Assembly (NCBI GenBank): GCA_025362615.1
Contig: JANYFQ010000630.1
Location: 1 to 34,390 of the forward strand
From: Hymenobacter sp.
Lineage (GTDB): Bacteria; Bacteroidota; Bacteroidia; Cytophagales; Hymenobacteraceae
DNA length: 34,390 bases
Direction: 5' to 3'
The translations under genes were made by a program, and so were the position numbers. Positions 10,721-20,587 of this stretch are shown here, one piece after another. The number at the start of each line of letters is the position of its first letter. Within the stretch, counting starts at the first letter, position 1. Under the pieces are notes generated by a model. That model did no database searches and had not been told where the DNA came from. It was given only the letters and a program-made list of their open reading frames with translations.

Positions 10721-10749
10721 GCTAAATTGAAGTGGTTTGCACAAGACCG

Positions 10750-12192
10750 TTACGCCACGCTCACCTTCACCATATTAGCTTTGCCTTTGTCCTGGATGGG
10801 CATGGCGCCGGTGTTGATGAATACGTCGCCGGCGACGAGGTGGCCGGTGGTGGTGAGCACGTAGCGGATGTCCGAAATCGTGCTGTCGGTGCTCACGAGG
10901 CGGTCGTAGTAGAAGCCGCGTACGCCCCACACCAGGCTCAGGGCGGTGAGCAGGGGGCGGTTGTCGGTGAAGATGAAGATGTCGGCTTTGGGGCGGTACT
11001 TGGCCAACTGAAAGGCGGTGTAGCCCCGGTGCGTCATGCCGGTGATGGCCTTGGCCCCGGTATTTTTGGCCAGGTGGCAAGCGGCCGACAAAATGCTGTC
11101 GGCCATGAAGTTCGGGCCATCGGCCGCTACCGGCCACCAGCGGTTAAACAGCTTGGGGCTGTGCGTTTCGACACTCAGAATCGTGCCCACCATCGAGCGG
11201 ATGACCTCGGCCGGGTACGCGCCGACGGCCGTTTCGGCCGACAGCATCACGGCATCGGCCCCGTCGAGCACGGCATTGGCCACGTCGCTGGTTTCGGCGC
11301 GGGTGGGGCGGGGGGCCGTTATCATGCTCTCCATCATCTGCGTGGCTACGATGACGGGCTTGCCGGCCGCGTTGCACTTGGCAATTATCATCTTTTGCGC
11401 CATTGGCACTTCTTCCATTTTCACTTCCACGCCCAGGTCGCCGCGGGCCACCATGATGGCATCGGCCAGGGCGATGATTTCGTCGATGTTGCGCAGGCCA
11501 TCGGGGGTTTCGATTTTGGCCACCACGCGGGTGGTTTTGCCCGCTTCGGCAATCAGGTTTTTGATGAAGCGAATGTCATCGGCCTTGCGGGCAAAGCTCA
11601 GCGCCACCCAGTCCACATCGTTTTCGAGGCCGAATTTGAGGTCTTCAATATCCTTCTCGGTCATGCTCGGGGCCGAAACCTCCGAATCGGGCAGGTTGAT
11701 GCCTTTACGGGGCTTGACGAGGCCGCCGTAGATAACCTCGACCTCGACTTCGCTCTCGCGGTCGGTGGCCAGCACTTTCAACTCAATCTTGCCGTCGTCG
11801 ATGAGGATTTGGTCGCCGGGCTTCACGTCGCGGGCCAGGCCCAGGTAAATGGTGCTGAGGCGGGTGGCGGTGCTAATTTCTTTCTCGCCGCACACCAGCT
11901 TGAGCTTGTCGCCCTGCTTGATTTCCACACCGCCGCCTTCCACATCGCCGAGGCGAATTTTGGGGCCTTGCAGGTCTTGTAGCAGGCCCACGGCCGTGCG
12001 CATATCCTTGTTGAGGCGGCGCACGGTGTTGATGACGGCGAGGTGCTCGTCGTGCGCCCCGTGCGAGAAATTGAGCCGGAACACGTCCACGCCCTCGCGG
12101 ATGAGGGTGCCGAGGCGCTCGTAAGTGTTGGAGGCGGGGCCAACGGTGGCCACGATTTTGGTTTTGTTGCGGGCAGAAGGAGTGGGCTGCAT
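10750..12192 (-). CDS. pyk: Pyruvate kinase
   Basis: KTKIVATVGPAS, RLNFSHG, DLQGPKIR, IMVARGDLGVE, ATQMMESM, PTRAE, DAVMLSAETA. Confidence 0.98.
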   Translation of the reverse strand: MQPTPSARNKTKIVATVGPASNTYERLGTLIREGVDVFRLNFSHGAHDEHLAVINTVRRLNKDMRTAVGLLQDLQGPKIRLGDVEGGGVEIKQGDKLKLVCGEKEISTATRLSTIYLGLARDVKPGDQILIDDGKIELKVLATDRESEVEVEVIYGGLVKPRKGINLPDSEVSAPSMTEKDIEDLKFGLENDVDWVALSFARKADDIRFIKNLIAEAGKTTRVVAKIETPDGLRNIDEIIALADAIMVARGDLGVEVKMEEVPMAQKMIIAKCNAAGKPVIVATQMMESMITAPRPTRAETSDVANAVLDGADAVMLSAETAVGAYPAEVIRSMVGTILSVETHSPKLFNRWWPVAADGPNFMADSILSAACHLAKNTGAKAITGMTHRGYTAFQLAKYRPKADIFIFTDNRPLLTALSLVWGVRGFYYDRLVSTDSTISDIRYVLTTTGHLVAGDVFINTGAMPIQDKGKANMVKVSVA

Positions 12193-12265
12193 ACGGAGCG
12201 AATTGGAAGCGGCGTCAAAGGTCAGCGGCGGTCAAAAATACGACTTCGGCGGGCTACGGAGCCGT

Positions 12266-12697
12266 TCAAAAAATTAAATTTTCTTTGTATTTGAGCGTAT
12301 TGGGGTCAAACTGGCAGACGTACTGCACGGCTGGGAGGGTGGTGAGGCGGTGGGTGAGGGCCTCGCCCGCCAGGTTGCCGGCACCGTTGGCCACGGTCAG
12401 CAGGTAGTCGTATTCCTTGATGTCGGGGGCCAAAAACGGTTTTTTGAGCGACGAAGCGCCCAGGCAGCGGTTGCGAAACAGGCGAAAAATTTGCGTTTCG
12501 TTGGTGTACTGGTAATGGCTGAACACCAAACGGCTGCCCGTGAGTAAGTGCAATTTTAACTCGGGCTGTCGCACGAAGCGCAGGCGCAACGCCCGGCCAA
12601 TGGCCCAGGCCAGCGAGTAGTCGCGGGTGCTGCTGACGAGGCCGAAAAGGTCGAAATCGCATTCTTCCTCGCAGTCGAGCAGGGTAAAGGTTTTCAT
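12266..12697 (-). CDS. IPExxxVDY family protein
   Basis: 143 aa, DFDLFGL..DYSLAW..L, motif variant LAPDIKEYDYLL, C-terminal LKYKENLIF. Sits next to pyk/acpP as is usual in Bacteroidota. -7 box TAGCTTTG at 12723-12730. Confidence 0.8.
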   Translation of the reverse strand: MKTFTLLDCEEECDFDLFGLVSSTRDYSLAWAIGRALRLRFVRQPELKLHLLTGSRLVFSHYQYTNETQIFRLFRNRCLGASSLKKPFLAPDIKEYDYLLTVANGAGNLAGEALTHRLTTLPAVQYVCQFDPNTLKYKENLIF

Positions 12698-12994
12698 CGG
12701 GAGGGGCCAGGCAATGCGGGAGCAAAGCTACTGCTGCGTCGGGCTGACAGGGAAAACCGGGCACGCGGGCTGTTTTGTTGCCGCTTGGGGCGGCTGTAAT
12801 GCTTGCGGCCGGGGGGCAGTTGGGCCGCAAGCCTCGGGGCGGTTGGTCAAAAACGGCCGTCGGCGCGGCGCATTTTTTTCTCCTTATGGCGTATGCCCAA
12901 ATTTTGCACCGGCCCCCCCAACCGACTTCCCTGGCACCGTAAGATTTTCGGTTGTTTCTTTGTGCTCAAATCTTCCCCAAAACACCCCACGGAA

Positions 12995-13231
12995 ATGTCT
13001 GAAATTGCAGAAAAAGTAAAGGCCATCATCATCGACAAACTCGGCGTTGAAGCCTCGGAAGTGACCACCGAAGCCAGCTTCACCAACGACCTGGGGGCTG
13101 ACTCGCTCGATACCGTCGAGCTGATTATGGAATTCGAGAAAGAATTCAACGTGAGCATTCCCGACGACCAGGCCGAGAACATCGGCACCGTGGGCCAGGC
13201 CATCAGCTACCTCGAAGAACACGCCAAATAG
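12995..13231 (+). CDS. acpP: Acyl carrier protein
   Basis: [18 protein letters not shown]...[20 protein letters not shown] (phosphopantetheine DSL). Confidence 0.97.
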   Translation: MSEIAEKVKAIIIDKLGVEASEVTTEASFTNDLGADSLDTVELIMEFEKEFNVSIPDDQAENIGTVGQAISYLEEHAK

Positions 13232-13233
13232 AG

Positions 13234-13496
13234 GACCACAGATTGAACGGATTTTGACGGATTGAACGGATTTTTTGGGGTGCCGCGCCCCAGCGGTGTG
13301 CCCTGCCGTTGGGTTGGTCAAACCCCTTTTCTCAGTGTTTCTCCGAATTTCGTGGCAACGTGCCAATCTTGCACCGGCCGGCTTGCTGCCGGCCGGTTTT
13401 GGCATTTAAGGCGTTGGCTTGCTTGGCTAATGCGTAGCTGGGGGCGGAACCCCAAAAAATCCGTTCAATTCGTTAAAATTCGCTAAATCTGTGGTC
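13234..13496. repeat. 263-bp palindromic element, ~60-bp arms with 9/10-nt ACGGATT units
   Basis: gaccacagattgaacggattttgacggattgaacggattttttggggtgccgcgccccagc ... gctgggggcggaaccccaaaaaatccgttcaattcgttaaaattcgctaaatctgtggtc. Fills almost the whole acpP-fabF gap. Confidence 0.9.
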
Positions 13497-14756
13497 ATGT
13501 CCATCCGACGTGTTGTCGTTACCGGCCTCGGGGCCATCACGCCGCTGGGCAATACGGCCCTGGCTTATTGGGAAGGCCTGAAAAACGGAGTCAGCGGTGC
13601 CGCTGAAATCACGCGTTTCGACCCGGCCAAATTCAAAACCCGCTTCGCCTGCGAAGTGAAGGGCTACCACGCCGACGATTTTTTCGACCGCAAAGAACAC
13701 CGCAAGATGGACCTTTTCACCCAATTTGGGGTGGTAGCGGCCGACGAAGCCATCGCCGACGCAGGCCTGCTCGCCGAAGGCAGCAAAATAGACAAGGACC
13801 GCGTGGGGGTGATTTGGGGCTCGGGCATCGGCGGGCTGAAGTCGTTGCAGGAAGAGTGCTTCCAGTTCGGGCGCGGCGACGGTACGCCGCGCTACTCGCC
13901 CTTCTTCATCCCGCGCATGATTGCCGACTCGGCCTCGGGCAATATTTCCATCAAAAATGGCTTCCGCGGGCCTAATTTCGTCACCACGTCGGCCTGCGCT
14001 TCGTCCAACGACGCCATCATTGCGGCCTTCAACTACATCCGCCTCGGCATGACCGACGTGGTAATCACGGGCGGCTCCGAAGCGGCCATTACCGAATCGG
14101 GCATTGGTGGCTTTAACGCTCTCAAGGCCATGAGCGAGCGCAACGACGACCCCGCCGGGGCCTCGCGGCCCTACGACCAGCACCGCGACGGCTTCGTGCT
14201 CGGCGAAGGAGCCGGGGCGCTTGTGCTCGAAGAATACGAGCACGCCAAAGCGCGGGGCGCGAAAATTTACGCCGAATTGATTGGCGGTGGAATGTCGTCG
14301 GATGCCTACCACATCACCGCCCCCGACCCCAGCGGCTCGGGCGTAGTACTGGTGATGCAGAACGCGTTGCGCGATGCCGGCATCCAGCCTGAAGACGTGG
14401 ACTACATCAACACCCACGGCACAAGCACCCCGCTCGGCGACGGGGCCGAAATAAAGGCCATCGAAACCGTGTTCGGCGAATCGGCTCCCAAAATCAATAT
14501 TTCGAGCACTAAAAGCATGACCGGGCACCTGCTCGGCGGTGCCGGCGGCATTGAGGCCGTGGCCTGCCTGCTGGCCATGCAGCACGGCCTCGTGCCGCCC
14601 ACCATCAACCTAACCACCCCCGACCCGGAAATAAATCAGGCGCTGAATTTCACGCCCAATGTGGCCCAGGCCCGTGCCGTGCGCGTGGCCGTCAGCAACA
14701 CGTTTGGGTTTGGGGGGCACAACACGAGCGTGATATTCAGGCAACTCGCCGACTAA
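13497..14756 (+). CDS. fabF: Beta-ketoacyl-ACP synthase II
   Basis: RRVVVTGLG, TSACASS (Cys), DAYHIT, INTHGTST, TKSMTGHLLG, SNTFGFGGHN. Confidence 0.97.
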   Translation: MSIRRVVVTGLGAITPLGNTALAYWEGLKNGVSGAAEITRFDPAKFKTRFACEVKGYHADDFFDRKEHRKMDLFTQFGVVAADEAIADAGLLAEGSKIDKDRVGVIWGSGIGGLKSLQEECFQFGRGDGTPRYSPFFIPRMIADSASGNISIKNGFRGPNFVTTSACASSNDAIIAAFNYIRLGMTDVVITGGSEAAITESGIGGFNALKAMSERNDDPAGASRPYDQHRDGFVLGEGAGALVLEEYEHAKARGAKIYAELIGGGMSSDAYHITAPDPSGSGVVLVMQNALRDAGIQPEDVDYINTHGTSTPLGDGAEIKAIETVFGESAPKINISSTKSMTGHLLGGAGGIEAVACLLAMQHGLVPPTINLTTPDPEINQALNFTPNVAQARAVRVAVSNTFGFGGHNTSVIFRQLAD

Positions 14757-14762
14757 ACCGTG

Positions 14763-14940
14763 CCGCAGATTCAAACGGATTTAACGGATGAATTAACGGA
14801 TGAAACGGAACGGGGCTTGCGCCCTTGACCGGGTTGAGTTGTCGCTCGTATTGCTTGTGTTACCAGTCCTTTTGGTAAGGCTGTTGTCGGCCGCGTCAGC
14901 GGCGTTCCGTTTCATCCGTCAAATCCGTTTGAACCTGCGG
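14763..14940. repeat. 178-bp palindromic element of the ACGGAT 9-mer family
   Basis: ccgcagattcaaacggatttaacggatgaattaacggatgaaacggaacg (14763-14812) / cgttccgtttcatccgtcaaatccgtttgaacctgcgg (14903-14940). The left arm has one extra unit. Confidence 0.9.
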
Positions 14941-15665
14941 TGATTAATTTTTTCTCTCGTCTTTTTGGGTCAGATAAGGCGTTTCGGCAGGCCGTAGCCA
15001 CTGTTACGGGGCTGAATCCGGGCAATATTCAACTGTACCGGCTGGCTTTTACGCACTCCTCAATGGTGCGGCAGCAGCCGGGGGTGGGGCGTCACAACAG
15101 CAACGAGCGGCTTGAGTTTCTGGGCGATGCCATCCTGGGTTCGGTTGTGGCAGAGTATCTGTTTCAGAAATACCCCTACGAGCAAGAGGGTTTTCTGACG
15201 GAAATGCGCTCGCGCATTGTCAATCGCGAGAGCCTCAACAACATCGCCCTCAAGCTGGGGTTGGATAAGCTGGTGCAGCTCGATGCCGGGCAGGGCCGGG
15301 CCGCCCGCTCGCGGTCGGTAAACGGCAACGCCCTCGAAGCCTTGGTGGGTGCCGTGTACCTGGACCAGGGCTACCAAATGGCCCGCAAATTTGTGCTCAC
15401 GCGCCTCGTGAAAGGATTTGTGGACACGCACACGCTCACCACAACCACGATTAACTTCAAAAGCAAGCTGATAGAGTGGGCGCAGCGGCAAAACAAAGTA
15501 TTGCGCTACGATGTCAGCGGCGATGCCCGCGACAGTGGGACAGTGGAGTTTTCGGCTACCGTGCTGCTCGACGAAGAAGCCGTGGCAACAGGCATGGGCC
15601 TGAGTAAAAAACAAGCAGAACAACTAGCCGCTGAACGGGCTTTGACGGTGCTGGGTGTGGCCTGA
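14940..15665 (+). CDS. rnc: Ribonuclease III
   Basis: AFTHSS, NERLEFLGDAIL, ALEALVGAVYLD, dsRBD NFKSKL..SKKQAEQLAA. The GTG start is uncertain. Confidence 0.95.
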   Translation: MINFFSRLFGSDKAFRQAVATVTGLNPGNIQLYRLAFTHSSMVRQQPGVGRHNSNERLEFLGDAILGSVVAEYLFQKYPYEQEGFLTEMRSRIVNRESLNNIALKLGLDKLVQLDAGQGRAARSRSVNGNALEALVGAVYLDQGYQMARKFVLTRLVKGFVDTHTLTTTTINFKSKLIEWAQRQNKVLRYDVSGDARDSGTVEFSATVLLDEEAVATGMGLSKKQAEQLAAERALTVLGVA

Positions 15666-15754
15666 GGTATTGACCGTTGGCTGATGCCCGCCGGCCGCCG
15701 GCCGCCGGCTTTCAATATTTTATTGCTACTTTATAAATTATTCTCTCAAAGCAG

Positions 15755-16606
15755 ATGAGCAAGAAATTAATACGGTTCGATTGGGCAATAAAACGGCTCC
15801 TGCGCAATAAGGCCAACTTTGTGGTACTCGAAGGTTTTTTGAGCGAGCTATTGTTCGATGCCATTAAAATTGAGCAAATACTGGAAAGCGAAGCAAACCA
15901 GGAAACGGACGACGACAAATTTAATCGGGTTGACATTCTGACGCAGAATTCAAAGCACGAGTTGATTATTGTCGAAATTCAAAGCTCGTATGAAATTGAC
16001 TACTTCCAGCGCATGGCGTATGGCGTGTCGAAAAGCATTGCGGAGAATCTAAAAATCGGCCAGCAATACGCGGACATTAAGAAAGTAATTTCCATCAACA
16101 TCGTTTACTTCGACCTGGGGCAAGGAGAAGATTATATCTACAAAGGCAAAACCAAATTTATTGGAATACACCAAAAGGACGTGCTGGGGCTTTCGGACAA
16201 GCAAAAAACAACTTTTGCTAAAGAAACCGTGGCCGACATTTTTCCAGAGTTTTACCTGCTGAAGGTAAATCAATTCAACGACCATGCCCACGACACCTTG
16301 GATGAGTGGGTTTATTTCCTGAAAAACAGCGAGGTACGGGACGAGTTTCGGGCTAAAGGACTGAAGGAAGCGGGCGAAGTGCTCGACATCATGCGCTTGC
16401 CGAAGGACGACGAATATGGTTACAACCGCTACCTCGACAGCCTGCATCTAAAGGCCAGCGAACTATTTACGCTTCAAACGGAGGCGGAATTTAAGTTGAA
16501 GGCAGAAATTGCCGTTAATTTATTGACCATCGGCCTCGCTATTAGTGAAATAGCCAAAGCTACGGGGTTGAGCATATTGCAAATAGAAGGGTTGATACAG
16601 AAATAA
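15755..16606 (+). CDS. Rpn-like / PD-(D/E)XK nuclease family protein (PDDEXK_2-type)
   Basis: RFDWAIKRLL, RVDIL...IIVEIQ catalytic pattern, YFQRMAY, LDEWVYFLK, C-terminal IAKATGLS HTH-like tail. AT-rich relative to its neighbours. Confidence 0.88.
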   Translation: MSKKLIRFDWAIKRLLRNKANFVVLEGFLSELLFDAIKIEQILESEANQETDDDKFNRVDILTQNSKHELIIVEIQSSYEIDYFQRMAYGVSKSIAENLKIGQQYADIKKVISINIVYFDLGQGEDYIYKGKTKFIGIHQKDVLGLSDKQKTTFAKETVADIFPEFYLLKVNQFNDHAHDTLDEWVYFLKNSEVRDEFRAKGLKEAGEVLDIMRLPKDDEYGYNRYLDSLHLKASELFTLQTEAEFKLKAEIAVNLLTIGLAISEIAKATGLSILQIEGLIQK

Positions 16607-16628
16607 TAAAAGGCCAAAAATTATACAA

Positions 16629-17492
16629 TTATTTTATAATCTTTGTCATTCGCCGAAAATTGAGGACGGTGAACACGCCAATTCCGCCCTGCACGGTACT
16701 GTAGATGGCCGACGGTTGGGCGAAGGGGTTGCCATTAGCGTTGCGAGCGTCGTTGAGAGAGCGGCGAAAACGGTAAAAGGCTTGGTCGGCGTGGTAGAGG
16801 GTAGCTGTGACGGTGTCGCCGTCGAAGAAGCGGTAGCTGGTGCCGACGGTGAAATTCCGGCCGTTGTTGAGACGGTCTTCGAGAAAAATATCAGTTTCAG
16901 GGCGTCGGTGCAGTACGCCACGGGCTGGGTCGCCCTTGTGGAGTTGGATGCGGTACGTGTCGCCTGGTGCAGCAGGGTCGCGGAAATTGGTGAGGAAGTA
17001 TGCTTTGCGCTCGTTCCCTGTTTTGTCGTTGAACTTATAATCTACCGAATCAATGGCCACGTTGCTGGGCACAATGGCGGTGCCAGTTACGCGGCGGCCC
17101 CGGGTGTCGAAGGCAGTGATTTGGAACACGTCGCCGGGCCGGGCTACAAGCGGCGTACTGCCGATGTGGGTATGAAATTTTTCGTTCAGCACTGTATCGA
17201 GCAGAGCTTGCGGATTGGGACTGAAACCCAGCGGTACTACCGTGCCATCGGGCATGGTCAGGGCCACCGTAACATCGGTGGGGACGGAGGGCAGGGCATT
17301 GGGATTGAGGTAGGTAACGGACTCGGTGACGGTGAGACTGGGCAATGCATCGTTTTGCAGATAGCACTCCAGCACGAGTTCTGAGTCGTAGCTGGGCAGT
17401 TTCACATCAACATCCTTTTGCAAATTGCAACTGGCAAGTAGAGGGCCGGCCAATAGGGCCGAAATTTGAAAATAAGCCAAATGAAATCGCAT
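16629..17492 (-). CDS. DUF4249-family lipoprotein
   Basis: Lipobox LLAS-C, C-terminal GNPFAQPSAIYSTVQGGIGVF, downstream of a TonB-dependent receptor. Confidence 0.85.
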   Translation of the reverse strand: MRFHLAYFQISALLAGPLLASCNLQKDVDVKLPSYDSELVLECYLQNDALPSLTVTESVTYLNPNALPSVPTDVTVALTMPDGTVVPLGFSPNPQALLDTVLNEKFHTHIGSTPLVARPGDVFQITAFDTRGRRVTGTAIVPSNVAIDSVDYKFNDKTGNERKAYFLTNFRDPAAPGDTYRIQLHKGDPARGVLHRRPETDIFLEDRLNNGRNFTVGTSYRFFDGDTVTATLYHADQAFYRFRRSLNDARNANGNPFAQPSAIYSTVQGGIGVFTVLNFRRMTKIIK

Positions 17493-17622
17493 GATTAAAA
17501 AATAAAAAAAGCTGCAATAAAAAATTAGCGCAGTCGATGAAATCTAATTCGTGAACAAAAACCCATAAATCAAATTCAGATAAAAAATCAGCAAAAGCAA
17601 AAGAAATAGCGTTAAACAACGC

Positions 17623-19986
17623 TCAAAAACGAAAATTATAAGTAACCGACGGAATAACCGGAAATAACGAAACCTGCTGCGCCCGAAAGCCGGTAATGCG
17701 GTCGGTTTGTTTGTTACGCAAGGTTTCAAAAAAGATAAAATATGCATTTCGCCGGTCGAGGGCATTATAAATACTGAAGGTTAAATCCTGGTTGCGGCGG
17801 CTGCCAATTTTGTATACCATTCCCAAATCGAGGCGCAGGTAATCGATGAGGCGGTAGGAGTTGCGGTCGGGGTAGACGGGGATGGGGCGCGGGTCGAGGC
17901 CGGTGCTGGAACCCACGATGTCTTGTACGCCAAAGCGGCCCAGGGGCAGCGTGGCGAGGTTGCCGCTGGTAAATATGAAGCTGCCCGTGAGGCTGATACG
18001 GGCGTTGAGCTGGTGAATGACGACGGCCGTGAGGTTGTGGCGGCGGTCGTAGTTGGGGTGGTAGTCGCGGCCACCGTTCACGCCGTTGGTGCCGTTTTGG
18101 GGCGGGGTGTTGCGCCAGGCCCAGGCCAGGGTGTAACCTATCCAGCCGGTGGTTTTGCCGGTTTTCTTTTCGAGGTAGATTTCGTTGCCATAGCTCCAGC
18201 TACGGCCGAAAATGAATTCCTGGTCGAGGTTGGGATTGACAAATAGTTGGGCACCGTCGCGGAAGTCAATTTGATTCTGGCCCCATTTGTAATACACTTC
18301 GTTGGTGAGTAAATACTTGCCATCGCCCAGCAAAAAGCTCACGCCAGTGCTGGCTTGTTGCGAGCGTTGGGGCTTGACGCTGAGGCGCGAAGGATACCAA
18401 ATGTCGGTGGGCAGCGACGCGCCCGAGTTCGACACCAAATGCACGTACTGGTACATGAGCGCGTAGCTGGCCTTGAGCGAAGTGCGCTCCGAGAGCGAGA
18501 ACCGGGCTGAGGCGCGGGGCTCAAGGCCGGCGTAGGCTTGGTCGCCGCTGCGGAAGCCACTCAGGCGCAGACCGCCTTCGAACTGCAATTTTTCGGACGC
18601 TTTGTAGCTGTCGTTGAGGTAGATGCCGCCTTCCTGGCCGGTGTAGCTGACGGTGTTGCCGAAGTCGATGCGGCCGTCGGAAGAAGCGGCCGAAAGGCGA
18701 CCGACCCCAAATTGGTGGTGGGTAAAGAGCGCCCCAAACTTGAGCGCGTGGCGGTCGGTGGGCGCGTACTCGAAATCGGTTCGGCCGCTGTAATCCAGAA
18801 TAGACGAGCCGAGCTGGAAGCTGAACTGGTCGAGTTTATTGGTCAGGTCGTATTTATAATCGGAAACCGACACGGTGGTATTAACCGATAATTTGGGCGA
18901 AAAAACGTGATTCCAGCGCAAAGAGCCAATGGTGTTGCCCCAATTGAAATTGAAGTTAAAGCCGCCATTGCTGCTGAAACCGAAAACGTCGCGGCCTAAG
19001 TAGCCCGTGAAAAATAATTGGTCCTTCGTGCCCAGCGTGTAATTGGCTTTGGCGTTGAAATCGTAGAAATAGTAGTCGGGAATGGGGCTGAAATTCTCTT
19101 TGTTTTTGTTGCGCTCGTTGAGCTGGCGGGTGAAGATGTCGAAGTACGTGCGGCGGCCCGACACAATCCAGGAGCCTTTGCCTTTGTTGATTGGGCCTTC
19201 CAGTGTCAGGCGCGACGAGATGAGGCCGATACCGCCCGTCACGCCGAATTTTTGGCGGTCGCCTTCGCGCAGCTTCACGTCCACGACCGACGAAAGTCGC
19301 CCGCCGTACTGCGCCGGGAAGGCCGATTTGTATAAATCGACGCTGCTCACGGCGTCGGAATTAAAGACCGAAAACAGCCCAAACAAGTGGTTGGGGTTGT
19401 ACACCAGCGCCCCGTCGAGCAGCACCAGGTTTTGGTCGGCCGAGCCGCCGCGTACAAACAGGCCGCTCGTGCCCTCGCCGCCGCTTTGCACGCCGGGCTT
19501 GAGTTGCAACGTCTTCAGAATATCCACCTCACCAAACAGGGCCGGTAGTAGCTTGGCCTCGCGGATGGTGAGGCGCTCGACCCCCATTTGGGTGGTTTTG
19601 AGCTTTTGCTCAAGGCTTTGGCTGCCCTGCACAATAACTTCGCCCAACTCGTTGGCGTTCTCGACCAAATCGAACGACAGGCGTTGGTTGCGCGTGAGGG
19701 TGATGTCGCGGGACTGGGGCAGGTAGCCGATAAAGGCAATTTCGAGGCGGTGCCGCCCGGCGGGCAAGGTCAGTACGAAGTGGCCCAGCGAGTCGGCGGC
19801 CGTGCCGGTGCCCAGGACGGGCACGGCCACGCTGGCCCCCGGCAGCGCTCCGCCGCCCGCCGCCCGCACAGTGCCGCTGAGCGTGAAACGCCCCCCGGTT
19901 TGAGCGAAAACTGGGCTGCTGGTCAGCAAGAGCAACAAATAGCCCACCCAGGGCCGTTGGATCCGGCCCACTAATTTTGATAGCAT
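17623..19986 (-). CDS. TonB-dependent receptor with N-terminal carboxypeptidase-regulatory-like domain
   Basis: Signal peptide, TLSGTV..LPGASV, plug motifs LPALFGEVDILKTLQLKPGV, VRGGSADQNL, YGGRLSSV, terminal YNFRF. Confidence 0.93.
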   Translation of the reverse strand: MLSKLVGRIQRPWVGYLLLLLTSSPVFAQTGGRFTLSGTVRAAGGGALPGASVAVPVLGTGTAADSLGHFVLTLPAGRHRLEIAFIGYLPQSRDITLTRNQRLSFDLVENANELGEVIVQGSQSLEQKLKTTQMGVERLTIREAKLLPALFGEVDILKTLQLKPGVQSGGEGTSGLFVRGGSADQNLVLLDGALVYNPNHLFGLFSVFNSDAVSSVDLYKSAFPAQYGGRLSSVVDVKLREGDRQKFGVTGGIGLISSRLTLEGPINKGKGSWIVSGRRTYFDIFTRQLNERNKNKENFSPIPDYYFYDFNAKANYTLGTKDQLFFTGYLGRDVFGFSSNGGFNFNFNWGNTIGSLRWNHVFSPKLSVNTTVSVSDYKYDLTNKLDQFSFQLGSSILDYSGRTDFEYAPTDRHALKFGALFTHHQFGVGRLSAASSDGRIDFGNTVSYTGQEGGIYLNDSYKASEKLQFEGGLRLSGFRSGDQAYAGLEPRASARFSLSERTSLKASYALMYQYVHLVSNSGASLPTDIWYPSRLSVKPQRSQQASTGVSFLLGDGKYLLTNEVYYKWGQNQIDFRDGAQLFVNPNLDQEFIFGRSWSYGNEIYLEKKTGKTTGWIGYTLAWAWRNTPPQNGTNGVNGGRDYHPNYDRRHNLTAVVIHQLNARISLTGSFIFTSGNLATLPLGRFGVQDIVGSSTGLDPRPIPVYPDRNSYRLIDYLRLDLGMVYKIGSRRNQDLTFSIYNALDRRNAYFIFFETLRNKQTDRITGFRAQQVSLFPVIPSVTYNFRF

Positions 19987-20090
19987 AAGCAATGAACAGC
20001 GGTCCGGCGAAGCACAAAATTACGGCCGGCCGTTTGCCCAACATCGCCGCCGCCAAAGTAGTGCGTCCGGCCGTGGGCGAAGGAGCCAGC

Positions 20091-20399
20091 CTAACTTAAA
20101 AAAGGAGCCAGCGCCTGCCGGAGTTGCGGCGCGGGCACGGCCCCGGTCTGCCGCCACACGGGCCGGCCTTGTCGGAATAAAATCAGCGTTGGTACGCTCT
20201 GGACGCGGTATTGCTGGGCGGCGGCGGGGTTTTTGTCGATGTCAATTTTAACGACCCGCAGCTTGCCCGCGTACTGGGCCGCCACTTGTTCGAGGACGGG
20301 AGCCATTGCTTTGCAAGGGCCGCACCAGGTGGCAAAAAAATCGACCAGCACCGGCATTCCGGGGCTGGCAAGGAGGTCGGCGAAGGACTTGCGGGGCAT
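20091..20399 (-). CDS. Thioredoxin
   Basis: PVLVDFFATWCGPCK, VQSVPTLILF. ATG at 20399. Confidence 0.93.
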   Translation of the reverse strand: MPRKSFADLLASPGMPVLVDFFATWCGPCKAMAPVLEQVAAQYAGKLRVVKIDIDKNPAAAQQYRVQSVPTLILFRQGRPVWRQTGAVPAPQLRQALAPFLS

Positions 20400-20587
20400 G
20401 GGGTGGGGTTGGAAAATGAGAAGAACGGGGAAGAATGAAGCAATGCAGCAGCCAGACGACACAGTGGCGTGAGCCAACCAATAACTTGATGCAGCCAATA
20501 CAGAAACTAAAACGACACACCACGCAAATAATTGGGGCTGGGGTGCATATATTTGCCGTCAACTCATTAGTTCTTCACCGTTGTACT

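Noticed and set aside
10732-11982. 416-aa plus-strand ORF, and similar long antisense ORFs at 3523-4395, 13473-14585 and 20567-21748
   Set aside because: Antisense shadows of pyk, the MBL hydrolase, fabF and the NHL gene, expected from GC-rich codon bias. No independent motifs.
12801-12832. gcttgcggcc/ggccgcaagc hairpin in the divergent IPExxxVDY-acpP gap as an ncRNA or riboswitch
   Set aside because: Single 10-bp stem with no recognisable family features.
15666-15720. (GCCGGCC)x3 run after rnc with weak tattga/tcaata flanks
   Set aside because: Could be an eroded heptamer element, but no clear partner arm can be demonstrated.
17493-17622. AT-rich gap between the TonB receptor and DUF4249 genes with short hydrophobic ORFs
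   Set aside because: No convincing start, motif or repeat structure. T-rich DNA yields hydrophobic translations by chance.
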